Positions 1 through 9,806 of a stretch of 64,000 nucleotides of DNA are shown here, piece by piece (positions within the stretch are counted from its first letter, which is position 1; the number at the start of each line of letters is the position of its first letter). The DNA comes from Candidatus Syntrophopropionicum ammoniitolerans. Lineage in GTDB: Bacteria; Bacillota; Desulfotomaculia; Desulfotomaculales; Pelotomaculaceae. A program made the position numbers and the translations under genes. The notes beneath the pieces are model-generated. The model saw only the letters and a program-made list of their open reading frames with translations. It did no database searches and was not told the origin of the DNA. The stretch is from the NCBI GenBank assembly GCA_013201395.1, contig JABMJD010000005.1, positions 24,381-88,380 on the forward strand, given 5' to 3'.

Positions 1-137
1 ATAGCCTGGTAATGCTCAACATTCTCCTCAGCTACATAACCATCATTCCGAAATATGGAATAGACCGTTGCTGGGATCACAGTTCTATTTTTTAGTTTTT
101 TACCTCCAATCTGATGTACCTCAAATAACTGTTTCAT
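1..137 (-). CDS. NADH:flavin oxidoreductase / Old Yellow Enzyme family, 5' part only (runs off the window edge)
   Basis: Not in the ORF track. Manual translation from ATG at 137 gives MKQLFEVHQIGGKKLKNRTVIPATVYSIFRNDGYVAEENVEHYQA, matching the OYE N-terminal pattern LFxPxxIGxxxLKNRxV...GYV...YY. AAAGGA lies upstream. Confidence 0.7.
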   Translation of the reverse strand, partial: MKQLFEVHQIGGKKLKNRTVIPATVYSIFRNDGYVAEENVEHYQA

Positions 138-624
138 AGAAATTACATCCTTTACATGATAGTTTTTTCTTTGTTTGTGCCTGCTCTACCAATTATTACC
201 CCTCTTCTTGTTTCATCCCCAAATATGATAACTTTTATAGGCAACAAACCTTAGAAAGAAAATATATCATATTCACCCATCTCATCCTAGTAGTTAAATG
301 GGCTTAAAAATAATCATCACACTGTCTGTTTTGTCTGAATCCCATACATGATTAACAGATATTACAACAAAGATTTAAAACCTTTATTGGGAGAAATAAT
401 AGTGATGAATTAATAGGAAATAGCAATCAATCCTATCGTATAATTATATTTTACAATAAACATGGCCAAATGCTAAGATTAAACAAAAAGGAAGTGAAGC
501 CTGAAGCCATACAAGTTAATTGTAGGGACGTATCTTGATGTTTAAATTACAAAAGAATAACACTACTTTGGCACTGTCACGTCATTTAAGTAAAAAAATT
601 AATGCTGGAGGTTGAGATTAAAAA

Positions 625-981
625 ATGGCAATTGATGCGAAGTCATATAGAAGGGGCGTTTACGACTCATTGTATGAACCATTAAAGGACTATGATGGGG
701 CTTTTCTGCCGTTTGACCTACCCCATAATGACCTTGCGGTAAATTCATACAAAGCGGGTCGTGAAGAAGGAGACGAGCTGAAGAAAGATATCGTATCCAA
801 GGATCTAGGCGAAGGCACCAGAAGGGGCATTGCAGACTCAGTAATAGATCCGGACAGCAAAGATTACAATGGTAGGTACACACCCTTTGATATGCCCAGT
901 AAATACAAAAAAGAGTATAAGAAAGCCCGTGCAGAAGGGGATAAACTGAGGAAGGATATCGAAGGCAGAACCGATTATTAA
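625..981 (+). CDS. Hypothetical 118-aa protein made of two ~50-aa internal repeats
   Basis: GGAGG RBS upstream. The halves align: RRGVYDS..KDYDG..PFDLP..YKAGREEGDELKKDI versus RRGIADS..KDYNG..PFDMP..YKKARAEGDKLRKDI. Confidence 0.75.
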   Translation: MAIDAKSYRRGVYDSLYEPLKDYDGAFLPFDLPHNDLAVNSYKAGREEGDELKKDIVSKDLGEGTRRGIADSVIDPDSKDYNGRYTPFDMPSKYKKEYKKARAEGDKLRKDIEGRTDY

Positions 982-1188
982 GAAATTAATAGGACAGCCC
1001 TTTACCTAGACAGAACACCATAATATATTCTGAGGGTCGGGAGAAACATTTTTCTAGGTGGGATCCTGTAAAAAGAAATCGGTAATGTATGGCAATTTTA
1101 ACCTGGAACGTCCCTAATACAAAAATCTGGATGGACATGGCGTGCCGAAGCTTAAAATGGAGCCCCGTAGGGGGCCCTACCTGGGATA

Positions 1189-1222
1189 GGGGGTATCATT
1201 AGATAACCCCCCTTTTCTTTTT
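1189..1222 (+). terminator. Putative intrinsic terminator
   Basis: GGGGGTATC-atta-GATAaCCCCC stem followed by TTTTCTTTTT. Confidence 0.5.
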
Positions 1223-1399
1223 GGGTCTTCACCCCAAACAAAAAAGGCTGTAAAATATTAAAACCGGGGGAAAAGATATCCTTGTAGCGAATATATGCTG
1301 CAAATGGCGTTTGCAAAGTTGGGGGGGCAGGTGACTTACCGGGCTTTCTTAAATAGAAGCAAACACAGTTTGAAAAAAATTTGAGGATATAGGATATAT

Positions 1400-2086
1400 A
1401 TGCAAAGCACGGAGTTAAGGCAGGGAATAAATGATTCGATACCGATAGTTTTGGGTTATTTGCCTTTGGGGTTTGCCTTTGGGGTACTGGCATGTGAAGC
1501 AGGCATGTCAACCATTCAGGCGACAGCGATGTCAATCCTGTGTTTTACAGGTGCGGGACAATTCATAACACTTGGCCTCATGCAGGCCGGCGGCGCTATT
1601 ATTACCATCATCGTGGCCAATATTTTAGTTAATCTCAGATATATATTGTTCTCCACCTCACTGGTACCCTATCTCAAAAGGCGGGTGCCAACTTTCACAG
1701 GCAGCCTTTTGTGTTATGGATTAACTGATGAAACCTACGCTGTTTCAATGAACAGATATCAGGACCACCCTCCCACGGCCCTCTATATTGCCGGTCTCAA
1801 TCTGAGCTCACATCTGGGCTGGATCCTGAGTACATTTCTAGGCGCTGTACTGGGTGCCTACATTACCAACCCTGATCGCCTGGGGCTCAATTTTACATTA
1901 CCCGCTATGTTTGTTTGTTTGTTAGTCTTTATGATCAGGCGCAGGGCAGATATTCTGGTAGCCTTATCAGCAGCACTTATATGCTTGCTGGTTGGTTACT
2001 TTGTTCCATCCACGATGGGGAACTTGTTCAATATTATAATAGCCACAATTATTGCAGCTAGTTTGGGGATGGTCATTAATGAATAG
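1400..2086 (+). CDS. azlC: AzlC family branched-chain amino acid exporter permease
   Basis: Motifs IPIVLGYLPLGFAFGVLA, FTGAGQF, VNLRY and LTDETYAV; hydrophobic. Confidence 0.92.
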   Translation: MQSTELRQGINDSIPIVLGYLPLGFAFGVLACEAGMSTIQATAMSILCFTGAGQFITLGLMQAGGAIITIIVANILVNLRYILFSTSLVPYLKRRVPTFTGSLLCYGLTDETYAVSMNRYQDHPPTALYIAGLNLSSHLGWILSTFLGAVLGAYITNPDRLGLNFTLPAMFVCLLVFMIRRRADILVALSAALICLLVGYFVPSTMGNLFNIIIATIIAASLGMVINE

Positions 2087-2402
2087 TAGCAGCATCTGGT
2101 TTATTATCATCAGTGTCTCAATAGTATCCATTCTTCCAAGAATACTACCTGTAGCAGTCCTATCCCGCTTTGACTTCCCTGCACAGCTTAAAAAATGGTT
2201 GTCCTTTGTAGCACCTGCTGTCTTAGGAAGCCTCACGGCTTTGTATATTTTAGCCCCCGAAGGCTATATTGATCTCAGCATAAACAACAACTTTATCTGG
2301 TCTTTCATACCTACCCTGCTAGTTGCTGTTAAGACCAGGAGCCTTCTTTATAGCTTGTTAGTGGGGATGGCCACTATGGCCCTTTTGTATAACTTCTTTT
2401 GA
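2079..2402 (+). CDS. azlD: AzlD domain protein
   Basis: Small hydrophobic protein with PRILP and FVAPAVLGSL; ATG overlaps the end of azlC. Confidence 0.85.
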   Translation: MNSSSIWFIIISVSIVSILPRILPVAVLSRFDFPAQLKKWLSFVAPAVLGSLTALYILAPEGYIDLSINNNFIWSFIPTLLVAVKTRSLLYSLLVGMATMALLYNFF

Positions 2403-2432
2403 ACACCACAACCCCCAACCTGATAATTTGAA

Positions 2433-2482
2433 CAAAAAAACCCCTTGATATGGTTCAAAAGCATTTTTGCTCACATCAAGGG
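2433..2482 (-). terminator. Putative terminator of the yqeB-mocA transcript
   Basis: CCCTTGATATG...CACATCAAGGG stem with an A-run on the + side, which is a U-tract on the minus strand. Confidence 0.5.
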
Positions 2483-2684
2483 TTAGAGAGGTAGAGTACA
2501 TTTAACTATCCTAAATCTATTAAGTTACCAATATTTATAATTTTTTTTATTTTATACTCCTACTACATAGACTTAAAAAAGTAGTCCTTGACATGGATAG
2601 CCTCTATTCGCGTCTTTTCTACCCATGTCAAAGGCTTTGGAGAGAGAGTACACGTAGTAGGGGGGTTTAACTATTATATTTTTG

Positions 2685-3272
2685 CTAATCTAACTTAGCT
2701 ATAAATTCATTAAAATCCTTAGGTGTATCAATGTCAAATATTACCGCCTCATCAGGTGCTTCTATATATTCTACCCTGTCTGCAAGCCTCTTAAGCACCT
2801 GCCTGGCACCTTCATCACCATCTAGGTTTTTCAATTCCTCGTCTAGGGATTTATTAAAAATCACTGGGTGCCCGGGAGTACCATTATAAACAGGCCTCAA
2901 CACCGCACAATCTCTGTTTTGGAACTCCCCTATAATCATATTTATCAATGAGGCTGAAATCATTGGTTGATCCACCATAAATATCATAAATGCATTTGCA
3001 CAGCTGCTTATCGTCCTGATTCCCAGGGACAATGAGGTTCCCTGGCCATCCTTATATCCTTGATTAAATACCACCCTCACAGGTAGGTCGTCAATCGCTG
3101 CAGTGACCTTCTTTTGTTGATATCCGGTCACAACAACAAGCTCATCGATATTTGAAAGCAGTACATTCTCAGTGACAATTCTTATCAATGTACTATTCCC
3201 TACTTTGAGCAGCTGTTTTGGTCTGCCCATCCTAGTAGACATGCCTGCAGCTAGAATGATTGCTGAAATCAT
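2685..3272 (-). CDS. mocA: Molybdenum cofactor cytidylyltransferase (MocA/YgfJ-like NTP transferase)
   Basis: ISAIILAAGMSTRMGRPKQLL, DQP, GHPVIF, GDEGAR and DIDTP motifs; lies next to XDH-family genes. Confidence 0.88.
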   Translation of the reverse strand: MISAIILAAGMSTRMGRPKQLLKVGNSTLIRIVTENVLLSNIDELVVVTGYQQKKVTAAIDDLPVRVVFNQGYKDGQGTSLSLGIRTISSCANAFMIFMVDQPMISASLINMIIGEFQNRDCAVLRPVYNGTPGHPVIFNKSLDEELKNLDGDEGARQVLKRLADRVEYIEAPDEAVIFDIDTPKDFNEFIAKLD

Positions 3273-3396
3273 TTTTCTATCAGTACCACCCCGGTTACTA
3301 TACTACAAAAAACCTTTTTCCTATGTTTAACCACAACAGAATTTTTGTCCAGCAATACGTCTTGTTCAACCAGTATTCTATTTGGTTATTGCCCTT

Positions 3397-4209
3397 TTAT
3401 CGTTGCCTGTCATAATTCGCAAGAAAGGTAAACACTGCTTCCAACACACCGCCACTAATGGACAGCGCTCTATCAGATATATTACTACAATCTATTTCTT
3501 TCCGCGGGTCTATATTGGCAATTCTTGTCCCCCTGGACACTATTACCCCTTCTCTTACCATCCCTCTTACAATACCGTTTATTTTAGCTCTTACAGGGGT
3601 GTTTCCCACTGCTACAACCCGGTCTCCCTTTTTTACCTTATCCCCAATGGCCAGTATATTTGTTACTATACCCTCCACAGGTGCCCTGAGCATTCTTTCC
3701 GCTGTGAACCCGCCTACATCCCCTGGGATGCCGGTGTTAGGGATAGCACCCCCGTTGTATATCACTCGTCCCAGTCTGTATCCGCGGCAGGTTTCTATAA
3801 CTACATTAACATCTTTGCCGGCCTCAAATCCTGGTCCCAATCCTATTACCAGTGGGGCATCATTTATATTTGTATCCAGGTTGCATTTAGCCATCCTGGC
3901 ATCAATCACTACCTGTGGAGAAATCTCCCCCACAACCTTAGTTTCCGGATCAACCAAAAGAGGAATCGTTCCTTTTTCATTCAAAGCCAGAGCATCTCTT
4001 ATTGAACCGGCAACGCTTGCTTTAATACCTTCAACACTTACAGTACCTTCATAGACAGCTTCCGCAAAGGCAACTTTTCTTCTCACCACAAGTGGGCTGG
4101 CAATCTCCGTCATGATTATATCTAACCCACACCTCTTAAGACGGTGTGCTACCCCTGTGGCTACATCATTAGCTCCTTTTACGACTGCAGTGATCCCTAT
4201 TCGACCCAT
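3397..4209 (-). CDS. yqeB: Selenium-dependent molybdenum cofactor biosynthesis protein YqeB (EF2563 family)
   Basis: VKGANDVATGVAHRL, VRRKVAFAEAVY, IGLGPGFEAG, VIETCRGYRLGR and SDRALSISGGVLEA. Confidence 0.88.
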   Translation of the reverse strand: MGRIGITAVVKGANDVATGVAHRLKRCGLDIIMTEIASPLVVRRKVAFAEAVYEGTVSVEGIKASVAGSIRDALALNEKGTIPLLVDPETKVVGEISPQVVIDARMAKCNLDTNINDAPLVIGLGPGFEAGKDVNVVIETCRGYRLGRVIYNGGAIPNTGIPGDVGGFTAERMLRAPVEGIVTNILAIGDKVKKGDRVVAVGNTPVRAKINGIVRGMVREGVIVSRGTRIANIDPRKEIDCSNISDRALSISGGVLEAVFTFLANYDRQR

Positions 4210-4313
4210 ATATGCTCCTGTTTCTATGAGGTTTTTCCTAGTATATCATCCTTTAATGAAAGCCCCTATTACAGTGTGGAAATAGCAGGTAAGTTAATTT
4301 TTTCTTTATATTC

Positions 4314-4380
4314 ATATTAACATCATTTCAGCAGTAAAGTGAAATATGCGTTTACGATGGGATTGATTGCTGTGGCTTAT
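4314..4380 (-). promoter_or_regulatory. Island promoter/operator element, copy 1 (upstream of yqeB)
   Basis: Minus strand: ATAAGCCACAGCAATCAATCCCATCGTAAACGCATAT-TTCACT-18 nt-TAATAT, with a TGn extended -10. Confidence 0.75.
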
Positions 4381-4440
4381 TAATTTGCCAAATAGACCCG
4401 TTATCCGGCAAAATCCTGTTTATATTAGTATTATTCCCAA

Positions 4441-5592
4441 TTAAGACACCCTGGTCCTGAGGCGTTCGATTACTTCCGGCATTAGCTTGAGAAACTCTTC
4501 CACATCCTCTTCTGTATTGCTCCTGCCCAGGGACAAACGAAGTGAGCCGTAGGCAATCTGATGGGGAATACCCATAGCCAAAAGCACATGGGAAGCACTT
4601 ACGGTACCGGCAGTACAGGCAGAACCACTTGATGCTGCCACTCCATGCATGTCCAAATTCAAAAGCATAGCCCCGCCATCTATAAATTCAAATACAAAAT
4701 TGGCATTGTTGGGCAGACGTATGGTAGGGTGTCCAGCCAGCCGAACATGACTAATTCCCTCGGTAACTCCCTTTATTAGTTTGTCCCGCAATCCAGCCAG
4801 ACGCGCACTTTCCTTTTCCATATCACCGGCAGCCAATTCAACTGCTTTTCCCATAGCCACTATACCCGGGACATTTTCGGTGCCTGGCCTATGCTTGCGT
4901 TCCTGTCCACCACCATAATTATAGGGGCGCCAGTTAATACCTTTTCTAATATAAAGCGCCCCGATCCCTTTTGGCGCATAGATTTTGTGGCCGGAAATAG
5001 AAAGCAAATCTGCCTTTAGGTCATTTACGTTAACTGGTATTTTGCCAAAGCTCTGTACCGCATCTGTATGAAAAAGGATATTTCTTTCCCTGGCAATATC
5101 CCCTATTTCCTGTATAGGTTGGATTGTTCCCACTTCATTATTAGCATGCATTATTGAAATGAATATAGTGTCGTCTCTTATTGCGTCAGCCACCACCTGA
5201 GGGCTAACCATGCCGTAGCCGTCCACCTGTAAAAGGGTTACCTCATATCCCTCCTTTTCCAGGGATTTGCAAGTGTCAAGAACCGCATGATGTTCTATAG
5301 AAGAGGTAATAATATGATTTCCCTTTTCCCTATTGGCGTATACTGCTCCCTTAATAGCCAGGTGATCAGCCTCTGTGCCGCCGCTGGTAAAAACCACTTC
5401 CTCTTTTTTAGCCCCTATGTTTTCCGCCACCTTCACCCTGGCCCCTTCAATGGCCTTTTTAGCCGTCCGGCCAAAAGAGTGAAGGCTTGAAGGGTTGCCG
5501 AATTTACCGGTAAGATACCCCATCATTTCTTCAGCAACATCCGGGTGGACAGGCGTTGTGGCACTATGATCAAAGTAAATTTTGCCCATCAT
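4441..5592 (-). CDS. nifS: Cysteine desulfurase (NifS/IscS group I)
   Basis: IYFDHSATTP, FTSGGTE, HTDAVQ, SGHK (PLP lysine) and SSGSACT (catalytic Cys). The start is trimmed to the ATG after GGAGG. Confidence 0.93.
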   Translation of the reverse strand: MMGKIYFDHSATTPVHPDVAEEMMGYLTGKFGNPSSLHSFGRTAKKAIEGARVKVAENIGAKKEEVVFTSGGTEADHLAIKGAVYANREKGNHIITSSIEHHAVLDTCKSLEKEGYEVTLLQVDGYGMVSPQVVADAIRDDTIFISIMHANNEVGTIQPIQEIGDIARERNILFHTDAVQSFGKIPVNVNDLKADLLSISGHKIYAPKGIGALYIRKGINWRPYNYGGGQERKHRPGTENVPGIVAMGKAVELAAGDMEKESARLAGLRDKLIKGVTEGISHVRLAGHPTIRLPNNANFVFEFIDGGAMLLNLDMHGVAASSGSACTAGTVSASHVLLAMGIPHQIAYGSLRLSLGRSNTEEDVEEFLKLMPEVIERLRTRVS

Positions 5593-5789
5593 AATCCTCC
5601 TAGTTTTCTGCATAGTTCTACCCCCAGCATACCGGTCGGATATGTAGGGGATTATGTTAGCATCTTCCCTTTGAGAAAGCCAACGCCGTTTGAGATAAAT
5701 CAAGACCACCCGCACTGCAGCGGGTGGCTTCTTCCAGCCTGTATATTCAACACATCGGTACTGCTACCGATAGGGTAGTCCATATTCAG

Positions 5790-6938
5790 CTATTGGTTGT
5801 TCTGAAAAATCTCCTTGAAAGCTGCCACCGGTTCAATAAACACCTCCAGGGTGCCCCCACAGGACATACCCTCAGCAGCCGCAACATCTGCAGTCATTGA
5901 TATCTTATGCACATAAGGTTCTGCATCATCTATTACATCTAAGGCCTGAACACGCACCTCTGACTCACCACAACAGCCACCGCCAATTGTTCCCACAGTG
6001 CGTCCGTCCCTGTATACAAGCATCCTTGCCCCTGCCTTGCGTGGTGTTGAACCTTTCGTTTTATAAATTGTTGCCAGTGCAGCAGGTGTATCCTCAATCG
6101 CCGCCCTGATTGCCTCTTGCAAGGCATCCTTATCAGCAGCAACGGGAATTTCACTATCATTTACACCGTTTTTGCTTGCACAGCTGTCTTCCACACAAAC
6201 TAGAGGCGCTGCACTACCACCTCTACGATCCTTGATCATTTCTGCTGCTATGCATACAGCGATTTCAGCCGGTGTTTGCGCACCCAGATCCAGGCCAATC
6301 GGCATATGCACCTGTTCAATTCTTTTCATCTCAATACCATCTTCCATCAACTGTTCCCTAATTGCTTTTACCTTACGCCTGCTCCCAATCATCCCCAGGT
6401 AGGCCACGGGGTACCTGACTACCTTACGTAAACAGTCCATGTCGTTAACATGTCCCCTGGTGGCAATTACAATACTGCTAGCAGGTCCCAGTTTAACATG
6501 ATCTTCTATTTCGTCAAAACTGCAACAGATACTTTTATAGACTCCCTCAAATCTTTCGGGGGAGGTAAAGTCAGGTCGATCATCTACAACCGTAACACGA
6601 TAGCCAAGTAAGTGTCCAATGTTCGCCAAAGGCTGGGCAATATGCCCCCCTCCAAAAATAATTAGTTCCGGCGTCTCCAAACAGGGGTCCATCATCACGG
6701 TTGCTTTTTGCTCCGGGGAGTTCGGATTAGCCATGTCTGCGACTAGAAACATACCGCCCTTCCGGCCTTCTTCTATCAATCGAACTACCTGCTCTTCCAA
6801 CCAGGGTAGCTGCAGGCTTCCCCTAATTTCACTGCTATCTTCAGTTAGCATTATTTTTGCACCCAGCAATTTTTTGTCTAGGTTCTTTTGTCCTATTATC
6901 GTCACAAATGTATTTCCCTGTTGTAGGTTTATTTCCAC
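5790..6938 (-). CDS. xdhC: XdhC/CoxI family Mo-enzyme maturation factor
   Basis: IFGGGHIAQPLA, YLGMIGSRRK, PIGLDLGAQTPAEIAVCI, KGSTPRKAGARM and CGGTLEVFIEP; GTG start. Confidence 0.9.
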   Translation of the reverse strand: MEINLQQGNTFVTIIGQKNLDKKLLGAKIMLTEDSSEIRGSLQLPWLEEQVVRLIEEGRKGGMFLVADMANPNSPEQKATVMMDPCLETPELIIFGGGHIAQPLANIGHLLGYRVTVVDDRPDFTSPERFEGVYKSICCSFDEIEDHVKLGPASSIVIATRGHVNDMDCLRKVVRYPVAYLGMIGSRRKVKAIREQLMEDGIEMKRIEQVHMPIGLDLGAQTPAEIAVCIAAEMIKDRRGGSAAPLVCVEDSCASKNGVNDSEIPVAADKDALQEAIRAAIEDTPAALATIYKTKGSTPRKAGARMLVYRDGRTVGTIGGGCCGESEVRVQALDVIDDAEPYVHKISMTADVAAAEGMSCGGTLEVFIEPVAAFKEIFQNNQ

Positions 6939-7370
6939 ATTCCTTACCCCCTCTTGGACAACGTGATACTCTGATACAATTATGATACTCGCACTCCATA
7001 CACGCCCTGTACAATCCTTCATCAGCCAGGACAATAATATACCTACCGTTTATCCATTTATCTGCCAACAACCGAGACAACAACAATTCAAGAATAATTA
7101 TCTAGGAATACATACCACACCTGCAAAACATTGCTCCCCTTCAGAGCATACTCATTCAATCTATGCAAACCCTGCGCTTCTTCTATATATTACCACATGT
7201 TCCCTTGGCTCTTGCAAGCCTTTACTCTTCTCCGTTACCACTCAAGATTCTCATAACCTTCAGGTTTATAATTCTCGACATTATTCTACATAATATTTTA
7301 TGCCTTGTCTAGCCCTCACTTTTGCCAGACCTAGCTTACTTTGCCTTTACTTATAATAGTTGATTAAGAT

Positions 7371-7398
7371 ATGAGAGACGATATATATCGTCTCTCAT
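7371..7398. terminator. Perfect 28-bp palindrome downstream of the Mo-enzyme operon (terminator or RNA-stabilising hairpin)
   Basis: ATGAGAGACGATAT/ATATCGTCTCTCAT; there is no strong U-tract. Confidence 0.5.
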
Positions 7399-7438
7399 GT
7401 CTACTATCCTAGCTTACCTTAGATTTTTGGATCCCGCT

Positions 7439-9784
7439 TTATTTCCCGTTTTCCTTCTTTTCTTTCAATGCACGCCATACCTTTTCATAGGTAATCGGCA
7501 GTTCGGTCATGCTGATTCCTATGGCATCATAAATGGCGTTGGCAACTGCGCCCATAGTCGGTGTCGTTGCACCTTCCCCAACCTCTTTACATCCATAAGG
7601 TCCGTTGGGCTCATAGCTCTCATCCAATGTTAAGGACTCAACAGGCGGCATATCAAGAGCTGTCGGCAGACGATACTCTGCAAAGTTACCGTTCAACAGA
7701 GCACCTGTTTTCGGGTCAAATTTAACTTCTTCCCAAATGGTCTCGCCGATACCCATGTAGAAGGCGCCGTGAACCTGGCCGTGGAACAGTTTCGGGTTAA
7801 TGATTGTGCCGCTGTCGTGCACGTCCCAGGTATCCACACATTCAATTTCGCCAGTTTCCATGTCAACCTTAACCTCTGCTACCTGAGTTGCGCTACTGTA
7901 TGCTGGGGATGTACCAACTGCTGCACCCTTGTGGTTGCCACCCAGTTTGCCGGGGTGATACCAGCCGCGGCCAACAAGTGCACCGTGGTCAACAAAGTAT
8001 TTACGTGCTACTTCTTCAAATGTTAGTTTAACAGCCGGTTCCTGCTTAATATACACAATACCGTCTTTGCATTCCAGATCTTCAGTGGTCAATGGGCCAT
8101 CCAGGTAACCAAAACCTTCTTTGACCCGTCCGGATGCTTTCAGCATTTCACAAGCTTTAGCAAGAATTTTTTTCTTGACTTCTGCACCCGCTCTAGTGAC
8201 AGCCCAACCAGCCATCAATGTCTGTCTGCTGGCATAGGCGCCAAAGTCCAAAGTGGAAAGGTCGGTATCCCCTGTTACCATTTGGCACTGCTCATAAGGA
8301 TATCCCATTGCTTCTGCTGCCATCTGCATCAGCACTGTGCTACTGCCCTGACCGATGTCAATTGCGTTGGAATACACATAGGCTCTGGTACCATCGTCAA
8401 ACACCTTCACCATGCCGACAGAGTGTGGATAGTCAGTCCGGTACTGGCAGAAGCCTGCACCAGTTACAAACCCACCGTTACCAACACCAATTCCTCTACC
8501 GGGGCCCATTTTACCTCTCTTCTCGGTCCAACCGGAAGCGTCACGGGCCATTCTGTTGGCGGCAAGCAGGTTATAGGACTTAACCTCATAACCGGCTGTG
8601 GTAATACTATTACCCTTACGGGCGTTAATCAGACGCATGTCGATCGGGTCTACACCAATTGCTTCTCCAACAAGGTCGATATGGCTTTCAAAGGCAAATC
8701 TTGGCTGCGGCTGTCCGTGGCCCCTTTGTGCTCCACAGGGAGGTAGGGTTGTGACTATACGCTGGCAGTCAAATTTGTAGTTCTCAATGGGGTACAATAT
8801 GCCCAGCAGGGAGCCGGCATAGTAAGAGGATGCAATGCCCAGTCCGGTATAGGCGCCGCCCTCTAGAACACAATCAAATTTGTGAGCCACTATCTTACCT
8901 TTTTTGTCCACGCCGGTGGTCAGGGTCATGGTCATGGGGTGACGGCCGTGGCCATTCAGGAAGGTCTCATAGTGGTCGAACCAAACCTTCACTGGTCTCC
9001 CAGTAAGCTTGGCCAGGATTATTGCGGCAAATTCTGTACCGCAGGTGTCCAGTTTACCACCAAACCCGGCGCCAACATTAACCGCACGCACAGTCAGGTT
9101 ACCCATTTTCATGCCCAGAACCCTGGCTATGTGATACTGGTCATAGTGCACTGATTGTGTAGTGGTATACAAAAATGCCTTATCTGCTTCCCAATAGGCT
9201 GCAGCACAATGGTTTTCGATGAAGGCGTGATAGGCGCGCTGCCCTTGGAATTTGTCAGTGCGCACATAATATGCGTCTTTTAATGCCTCATCCACATCAC
9301 CGAAATGGTGGTGAATTTCAGTGTTAACGTTGCCGGGATACTCATCAAAGATTTGCGGTGCCCCTTCTTTTACAGCATCCTGCCAGGTGAGGACCGGCTC
9401 TAGTTCTTCATATTCTACCTTGATCAGTTTTAGTGCTTTATAGCAGGTTTCCTCGTCTATCGCACACACCGCACCGATTTTATCACCATGATATCTTACT
9501 TTGTCAATACAGAAAATATTTTCGTCGAAGCGAGCAGGGCTTAACCCATATTTCATGGATGGAACATCTTTTGCCGTGATAACCGCCACTACGCCGTCGA
9601 GTTTTTCTGCTTCAGAGGTATCTATACTCTTAATGCGTCCGTGAGCTATTGTGCTGCGGATCAGCTTACCATAGAGCATACCTGGGAATTTTAAGTCAGC
9701 TACATATTGCGCGTGTCCAGTTGTTTTTCCATATGAGTCATTCCTGTCAACGCTGTGTCCTACATATGAATAATTTTCTTTCAC
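7439..9784 (-). CDS. Xanthine-oxidase-family molybdopterin-binding large subunit, most similar to 4-hydroxybenzoyl-CoA reductase alpha (HcrA-like)
   Basis: GAGFGGK, PPCGAQRGHG, DIGQGSST, GAAVGTSPAYSSATQVAEV and GPYGCKEVGEG. PPCGAxRGHG and the GAAVG/GSAIG segment are HcrA-like. Probable GTG start at 9784. Confidence 0.85.
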   Translation of the reverse strand: MKENYSYVGHSVDRNDSYGKTTGHAQYVADLKFPGMLYGKLIRSTIAHGRIKSIDTSEAEKLDGVVAVITAKDVPSMKYGLSPARFDENIFCIDKVRYHGDKIGAVCAIDEETCYKALKLIKVEYEELEPVLTWQDAVKEGAPQIFDEYPGNVNTEIHHHFGDVDEALKDAYYVRTDKFQGQRAYHAFIENHCAAAYWEADKAFLYTTTQSVHYDQYHIARVLGMKMGNLTVRAVNVGAGFGGKLDTCGTEFAAIILAKLTGRPVKVWFDHYETFLNGHGRHPMTMTLTTGVDKKGKIVAHKFDCVLEGGAYTGLGIASSYYAGSLLGILYPIENYKFDCQRIVTTLPPCGAQRGHGQPQPRFAFESHIDLVGEAIGVDPIDMRLINARKGNSITTAGYEVKSYNLLAANRMARDASGWTEKRGKMGPGRGIGVGNGGFVTGAGFCQYRTDYPHSVGMVKVFDDGTRAYVYSNAIDIGQGSSTVLMQMAAEAMGYPYEQCQMVTGDTDLSTLDFGAYASRQTLMAGWAVTRAGAEVKKKILAKACEMLKASGRVKEGFGYLDGPLTTEDLECKDGIVYIKQEPAVKLTFEEVARKYFVDHGALVGRGWYHPGKLGGNHKGAAVGTSPAYSSATQVAEVKVDMETGEIECVDTWDVHDSGTIINPKLFHGQVHGAFYMGIGETIWEEVKFDPKTGALLNGNFAEYRLPTALDMPPVESLTLDESYEPNGPYGCKEVGEGATTPTMGAVANAIYDAIGISMTELPITYEKVWRALKEKKENGK

Positions 9785-9806
9785 TACGCTCACCCTCTTC
9801 CTTTCC

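Noticed and set aside
5593-5715. N-terminal extension of nifS in the ORF track
   Set aside because: The family N-terminus and a GGAGG RBS place the start at 5592/5589. The extension overlaps an intergenic hairpin.
6940-7370. Long xdhC leader and 11510-12130 intergenic region as Moco/Wco riboswitches
   Set aside because: I could not identify the conserved structure by eye. An Infernal search would be needed.
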